NCBI GenBank assembly: GCA_965612865.1
Contig: CBFDTJ010000023.1
Location: 1 to 18,965, forward strand
Source: an uncultured bacterium
Lineage (GTDB): Bacteria; Caldisericota; Caldisericia; B22-G15
Reading direction: 5' to 3'
DNA: 18,965 bases
The translations under genes and the position numbers were made by a program. This document shows positions 14,980 through 18,965 of this stretch, piece after piece. Position 1 is the stretch's first letter, and the number at the start of each line of letters is the position of its first letter. The notes under the pieces were generated by a model. That model worked only from the letters and a program-made list of their open reading frames with translations, ran no database searches and was not told the origin of the DNA.

Positions 14980-16305
14980 ATGGAGGAGAAAGGGGCAGAA
15001 AAGAGAGAGAGCGTTTGGGCTAAAGAAATAGCCTATGGGATTCCTTTGTGGGTTTATCTTATCCTTCTTGGCGTTGTTGCAGTGGCTGTTTTTACGAAAA
15101 GACTTCCAAATAACATGGTTGGTGCTACGGCGTTTCTCTTGGTTGTCGCAGGTATACTGAATTTTATAGGCGATAGAATTCCAATCTGGAAAACATGGCT
15201 TGGTGGAGGGTTGATATTTGTTCTGGTGATAGGGGCACTCCTTACCTATTTTAACATTTTGCCAGAAGGAATAGTCAAGGCAGTTTCTGGGTTCTACTAC
15301 AAACCAACAAATATGTTAGTTTGGTGTATCACATCCCTTATTGTTGGTAGTCTACTTTCTATGCCTCGCCCTTACATGACTAAAGCCTTATTGCTATTTC
15401 TTCCATCTATAGTTGGAAGCATACTGTTTGCCTATATTTTTGCGTATATAGGTGGCTTGATTACAGGTTTTGGAGGAGCGAGAGCAATTCTTTTAATTGC
15501 AAATCCTATTGAAGGAGGAGGATTGGGTGCAGGTGCTATTCCTATGAGTGAAATTTACAGTTCGGTCACAGGTCTTTCCTATGAGAAAATTTTCTCCATT
15601 ATTTTCCCCGCAGTTGCCTTTGGGAACATAGTTGCAATATTCTTTGGATCAATTTTGAATAGAATAGGGAAGAAAAAACCAGAGTGGACTGGGAATGGTT
15701 TGCTTATACCTAAAGAGAGATGGTATCCTAAAGAAGGTTTAAGAGAGAAAGAGACCCCTGTAACATATAAAGCGATAGTTGGAGGATGGGCTCTGGCAGT
15801 TGTAATTCTAACTCTTGGTTATATATTAGCTAAATGGATTCCCATCCACTACTTTGCAATTACAATTATTCTGACCGCGCTATTAAAATGGTCGGGAATG
15901 CTCCCAAACTGGGTTGAACAAGCTGCAGGTCACTTCTATAGATTTGTAGCAAAAGGTTTCTATCCAGCTTTGATGCTTGGAGTTGGTATGATTCACCTTA
16001 AATTAGACGGTGTTATAAAAGCACTCTCATCTCCTCAATACATTATAATAGTTATTCTTGTTGTATTTGGAGCTGCCTTAGGTGCCGCTTTAGTAGGAAA
16101 ACTTTTCAAGCTCTATCCAATAGAGTCTGCCATAGCAGGGGGTCTCTGTATGGCAAATATGGGTGGATCAGGAGATATAGCTGTCTTAGCCTCGTCTCAT
16201 AGGTTAGAGTTAATGCCTTTCGCTCAGATTTCCTCCCGTATTGGAGGAGCACTTATGCTGCTTATAGCCCAGTTAACTATTTCGATTCTTGCCAGTGCCC
16301 TTTAA
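14980..16305 (+). CDS. 2-hydroxycarboxylate transporter family protein (CitS/CimH/MaeN-like)
   Basis: IGDRIPIWKTWLGGG, PIEGGGLGAGAIPMS.IY, TGNGLL, GLCMANMGGSGDIAVL...R.ELMPFAQISSRIGGA; SD AAGGAGG. Confidence 0.93.
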   Translation: MEEKGAEKRESVWAKEIAYGIPLWVYLILLGVVAVAVFTKRLPNNMVGATAFLLVVAGILNFIGDRIPIWKTWLGGGLIFVLVIGALLTYFNILPEGIVKAVSGFYYKPTNMLVWCITSLIVGSLLSMPRPYMTKALLLFLPSIVGSILFAYIFAYIGGLITGFGGARAILLIANPIEGGGLGAGAIPMSEIYSSVTGLSYEKIFSIIFPAVAFGNIVAIFFGSILNRIGKKKPEWTGNGLLIPKERWYPKEGLREKETPVTYKAIVGGWALAVVILTLGYILAKWIPIHYFAITIILTALLKWSGMLPNWVEQAAGHFYRFVAKGFYPALMLGVGMIHLKLDGVIKALSSPQYIIIVILVVFGAALGAALVGKLFKLYPIESAIAGGLCMANMGGSGDIAVLASSHRLELMPFAQISSRIGGALMLLIAQLTISILASAL

Positions 16306-16331
16306 TAAATTTAGATAAGGAGGATAATAAA

Positions 16332-17681
16332 GTGAAAATATTGGCGTTGAATGGTTTATTGGGTTATGGGTATTCTGAAAAGGCATTTGAGAATGCCCTT
16401 AAAGGTGAAATAGCTGTCATTGGAGTTGATGCTGGTTCAACAGATGCAGGACCTTTTTATCTTGGAGCTGGAAAATCTTTTACAAGTAGATCGGCAGTAA
16501 AAAGAGATGTTGAAATTGCACTACCAGTTGCTCTTAATAGAAAAATTCCCTTCATTATAGGAACAGCTGGAGGTGCTGGTGCTGATGTTCATGTAGATTG
16601 GGTTAAAGAGATAATTGAAGAGATAGCTCGTGAGAAGAAACTCCATTTTAAAATAGCAGTGATACGCACTGAGATCTCGAAAGAGTATCTTAAAACGAAG
16701 TTGAGAGAAGGGAAAGTAAAATCACTTGGTGGACCACCTTTAACTGAGGAAGAAATAGATAAAAGTGTTAGACTTGTATCGCAGATAGGGGCTACACCTT
16801 ACCTCAAAGCGCTGGAGGGTAATCCAGATGTCATTCTTGCGGGTAGATCCTGTGATACGGCAATCTATGCAGCAATTCCTTTAAAAATGGGTTATGATCC
16901 GGGTTTGGTATGGCATGCTGCAAAAATAATAGAATGTGGTGCAATGGCGGCAGAACCAGGAACTGCTGGAGATTGCATGATGGCAGATATTCATGAGGAT
17001 TACTTTATTCTTGAACCTCCAAATCCTATTAGAAAGACAAATCCCATTAAAGTGGCTGCTCATAGTTTGTATGAGCAACCTAACCCTTATTATATTTATG
17101 AACCAGAGGGGATGATGGATTTAACGCAGAGCAAATATGAGCAGTATACAGAGAGAAGTGTGAAGGTATCAGGAAGTAGGTATGTAAAAGCAGATAGACC
17201 AACTATTAAAATAGAGGGAGTTAAAAAAATAGGATACAGAGTGATTGCCATGGGAGCTATCAGAACTCGTCTGATGATAGAAAATATAGACACCATTCTT
17301 GAACAGATAAGAGAGCATATTAAAGATGTGCTTAAAAAAATAAAACCAGAAGAGTACATATTGAACTTCAGGGTGTATGGTAAAAATGGAGTATTAGGTG
17401 AAATAGAGCCAGTAAAAGATCTCTCTCACGAGCTTTTTATTATAATAGATGTTATTGGAAAAACACCTGATATAGCAAGAACGGTATGTGCCGTATCAAG
17501 ATCCAGTCTCCTACATTTTGATTATAAAGGAAGGAAAACAACAGCAGGAAATATTGCTTTCCCTTATTCCCCCAGCGATATTGAAATGGGCGAGGTGTAT
17601 GTGTTCAATGTATATCATGTGGTGGAAGTTGATGATTTGGCTGAAACTTCAAGAATTGAATTTATAAATGTTGGAGGTTAA
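16332..17681 (+). CDS. AtuA-family (DUF1446-like) protein
   Basis: GLLGYGY, VDAGSTDAGPFYLG, IIGTAGGAG, DVILAGRSCD, WHAAKIIECG, VAAHSLYE, TAGNIAFPYSP; GTG start with SD AAGGAGG. Confidence 0.82.
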   Translation: MKILALNGLLGYGYSEKAFENALKGEIAVIGVDAGSTDAGPFYLGAGKSFTSRSAVKRDVEIALPVALNRKIPFIIGTAGGAGADVHVDWVKEIIEEIAREKKLHFKIAVIRTEISKEYLKTKLREGKVKSLGGPPLTEEEIDKSVRLVSQIGATPYLKALEGNPDVILAGRSCDTAIYAAIPLKMGYDPGLVWHAAKIIECGAMAAEPGTAGDCMMADIHEDYFILEPPNPIRKTNPIKVAAHSLYEQPNPYYIYEPEGMMDLTQSKYEQYTERSVKVSGSRYVKADRPTIKIEGVKKIGYRVIAMGAIRTRLMIENIDTILEQIREHIKDVLKKIKPEEYILNFRVYGKNGVLGEIEPVKDLSHELFIIIDVIGKTPDIARTVCAVSRSSLLHFDYKGRKTTAGNIAFPYSPSDIEMGEVYVFNVYHVVEVDDLAETSRIEFINVGG

Positions 17682-17682
17682 G

Positions 17683-17994
17683 ATGCAGAAACTAATTGAT
17701 GTTGCTAAGGTTTTAAGGAGTAAGAATGCTGGTCCATTCTATGTAACTATGGATATAATGTTTGCTGATAGGGAAACTTATGAGAAGATCAAGAATTCCA
17801 GCATAATAACAGAGGACATAGTGTCTAAACTCTACAAGGTTGATAAAGAAAAAGTTTCTATAGTTTACTACGATGCTGCGTTCTCTATAAAAGTTACAAT
17901 ACCCAGAAGATATCCAAGCGGAGATCCAAAAGATAGTGATATATATGGTTGTCAACAGTCTGCCCCATTGGAGGATATTCCAGTAAACATTTAA
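17683..17994 (+). CDS. DUF4387 family protein
   Basis: LIDVAKVLRSKNAGPFYVTMDIMF...IKVTIPR...SGDP.DSDIYGCQQ; SD GGAGG before ATG 17683, 1 nt after the AtuA stop. Confidence 0.85.
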   Translation: MQKLIDVAKVLRSKNAGPFYVTMDIMFADRETYEKIKNSSIITEDIVSKLYKVDKEKVSIVYYDAAFSIKVTIPRRYPSGDPKDSDIYGCQQSAPLEDIPVNI

Positions 17995-18020
17995 GAATAA
18001 ATTTAAATAGGTAAGAACCG

Positions 18021-18053
18021 ACTGGGAGAGACTTCTCTCCCAGTTTTTATTTG
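18021..18053 (+). terminator. Intrinsic terminator closing the transporter-AtuA-DUF4387 operon
   Basis: ACTGGGAGAG-actt-CTCTCCCAGT perfect 10-bp stem followed by TTTTATTT. Confidence 0.9.
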
Positions 18054-18078
18054 ATTTTGAAAGAGAGGTCGTTATAAT
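18051..18078 (+). promoter_or_regulatory. Sigma70-type promoter, apparently leaderless, for gntR
   Basis: TTGATT-N16-TATAAT-N7-ATG; no SD between the -10 and ATG. Confidence 0.7.
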
Positions 18079-18085
18079 AGTAATT

Positions 18086-18781
18086 ATGGAAAAAAAGGAT
18101 AATGTTATAGTAAAAGTTTCACTGGTAGATCAGGTAATAGAGCAAATCCGTCAATCTATTTTTAACTTTGAGTATAAACCCGGGGATAAAATAGATCTTA
18201 AAGAGCTATCAGAGAAGTGGGGCGTGAGCAGGACTCCTCTAAGGGAAGCCATAAGAAAGTTGGAGGCTGAGGGTCTTATTACCTATAAAGCCCAGAAAGG
18301 TTTTATGATAAGATCAATCCAGCCCGAAGAGGTGGAGAAGCTTTTTGTAGTAAGGAAAAATTTAGAATCTCTTGCAGGATCATTGGCATGTGATTATGTA
18401 ACAGATGGCGAGATAAAAGAGATTGAGAACATCCATAATAAAATAATCACACTGCCAGATAAAAGTGATTTTTCTAAAATTGAAGATTTAAGAGTATTAC
18501 ATCAGCTTAATAAAGACTTTCATTTTAAAATATACAAGGCCTCTAAAAATAAATTTCTTATTCAGGTGATTAGTTACATGTGGAATATTAGTGCTGTTTA
18601 TATAGCAAGTACTCTTTCTACCCCAGGGAGAATAAATAAGATTATAAAAGAACACGGAAAAATCTTATTGAGTTTAAAGAAAAAAGATAAAGCAGGAGTC
18701 CAGAAGGCTATTAAAAAACATCTAGACTCAAGTGAGAAGGACATTATGAGGGGGTATAAGAAGATTCAAAAAATGATATAA
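18086..18781 (+). CDS. GntR family transcriptional regulator (FadR subfamily, FCD domain)
   Basis: YKPGDKI...ELSEKWGVSRTPLREAIRKLEAEGLI HTH; FCD motifs VRKNLE, NKDFH..IYKASKN, EHGKIL, KHL. Confidence 0.95.
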   Translation: MEKKDNVIVKVSLVDQVIEQIRQSIFNFEYKPGDKIDLKELSEKWGVSRTPLREAIRKLEAEGLITYKAQKGFMIRSIQPEEVEKLFVVRKNLESLAGSLACDYVTDGEIKEIENIHNKIITLPDKSDFSKIEDLRVLHQLNKDFHFKIYKASKNKFLIQVISYMWNISAVYIASTLSTPGRINKIIKEHGKILLSLKKKDKAGVQKAIKKHLDSSEKDIMRGYKKIQKMI

Positions 18782-18894
18782 AAATCATACTTCAAAATTT
18801 CAGAAAAATAATCAAGGAAGACCCTCAGAAATTGAAATTGTTCATTAAAATATATACTACACCTTTGAGAGTTTAAATGTATTAAAAGTAGTGC

Positions 18895-18965
18895 CTGTCT
18901 CTTATACACATCTGACGCTGCCGACGAAGGCTTAGGTGTAGATCTCGGTGGTCGCCGTATCATTA
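18895..18965 (-). other. Sequencing artifact: Nextera i5/P5 adapter read-through
   Basis: CTGTCTCTTATACACATCT (mosaic end, reverse complement) + GACGCTGCCGACGA + index AGGCTTAG (reverse complement CTAAGCCT, which I recognise as S/N508) + GTGTAGATCTCGGTGGTCGCCGTATCATT (P5, reverse complement). Confidence 0.99.

Noticed and set aside
43..17955. Remaining short ORFs overlapping larger genes (e.g. 598-906, 6689-7150, 13095-13478, 17096-17359)
   Set aside because: They are mostly contained within or antisense to well-supported CDS and show no family motifs
18832..18858. TTGAAA-N15-TATACT promoter near the right end
   Set aside because: 15-bp spacer in AT-rich sequence and no downstream gene visible, so it cannot be supported
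5..18913. Whole window as a Tn5-like composite transposon
   Set aside because: The ends include Illumina primer and index sequence; there is no transposase or target-site duplication
18766..18963. 65-aa ORF MIRRPPRSTPKPSSAASDVYKRQ...
   Set aside because: The N-terminus is the translation of the P5/i5/mosaic-end adapter, a well-known artifact peptide

Overview
The window looks like a complete ~18.9 kb assembly contig from an AT-rich prokaryote. Sigma70/ECF-type promoters and an SOS-like box indicate a bacterium, and the Glu/Lys-rich proteins hint at a thermophile (inference). Both ends carry untrimmed Illumina Nextera adapter (1-23 and 18895-18965), so the biological sequence is about 24-18894. 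It holds about 23 densely packed CDS: a 5'-truncated membrane HD-GYP protein with a DUF5317-like membrane protein; an ECF sigma/anti-sigma pair divergent from a CPBP intramembrane protease; ArsR with a NifB/NifX-family protein; a minus-strand run (PLP alanine-racemase-fold enzyme, HD hydrolase, MTA phosphorylase, SAM methyltransferase, DUF996, YkoF-like protein); MarR with a MATE pump; DUF2089, a SHOCT-like protein and a short S24 (UmuD/LexA-like) peptidase; a cytosine-deaminase-like amidohydrolase with an SDR; and a 2-hydroxycarboxylate transporter, AtuA-family protein, DUF4387 and GntR locus. I saw no rRNA, tRNA, CRISPR array or transposase. The most interesting signals are (i) an uncharacterised carboxylate uptake/conversion operon (2-HCT + AtuA + DUF4387 + GntR), (ii) an HD-GYP/DUF5317 pair in which DUF5317 shows an LspA-like two-Asp pattern, (iii) an SOS-box-controlled orphan UmuD-like gene, (iv) seven sigma70-type promoters that all have a 16-bp spacer, several apparently leaderless, (v) an anti-sigma gene with a second internal Shine-Dalgarno start, and (vi) a CodA-like enzyme with Gln at the catalytic Glu position. 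All family calls come from motif recognition by eye, not database searches.
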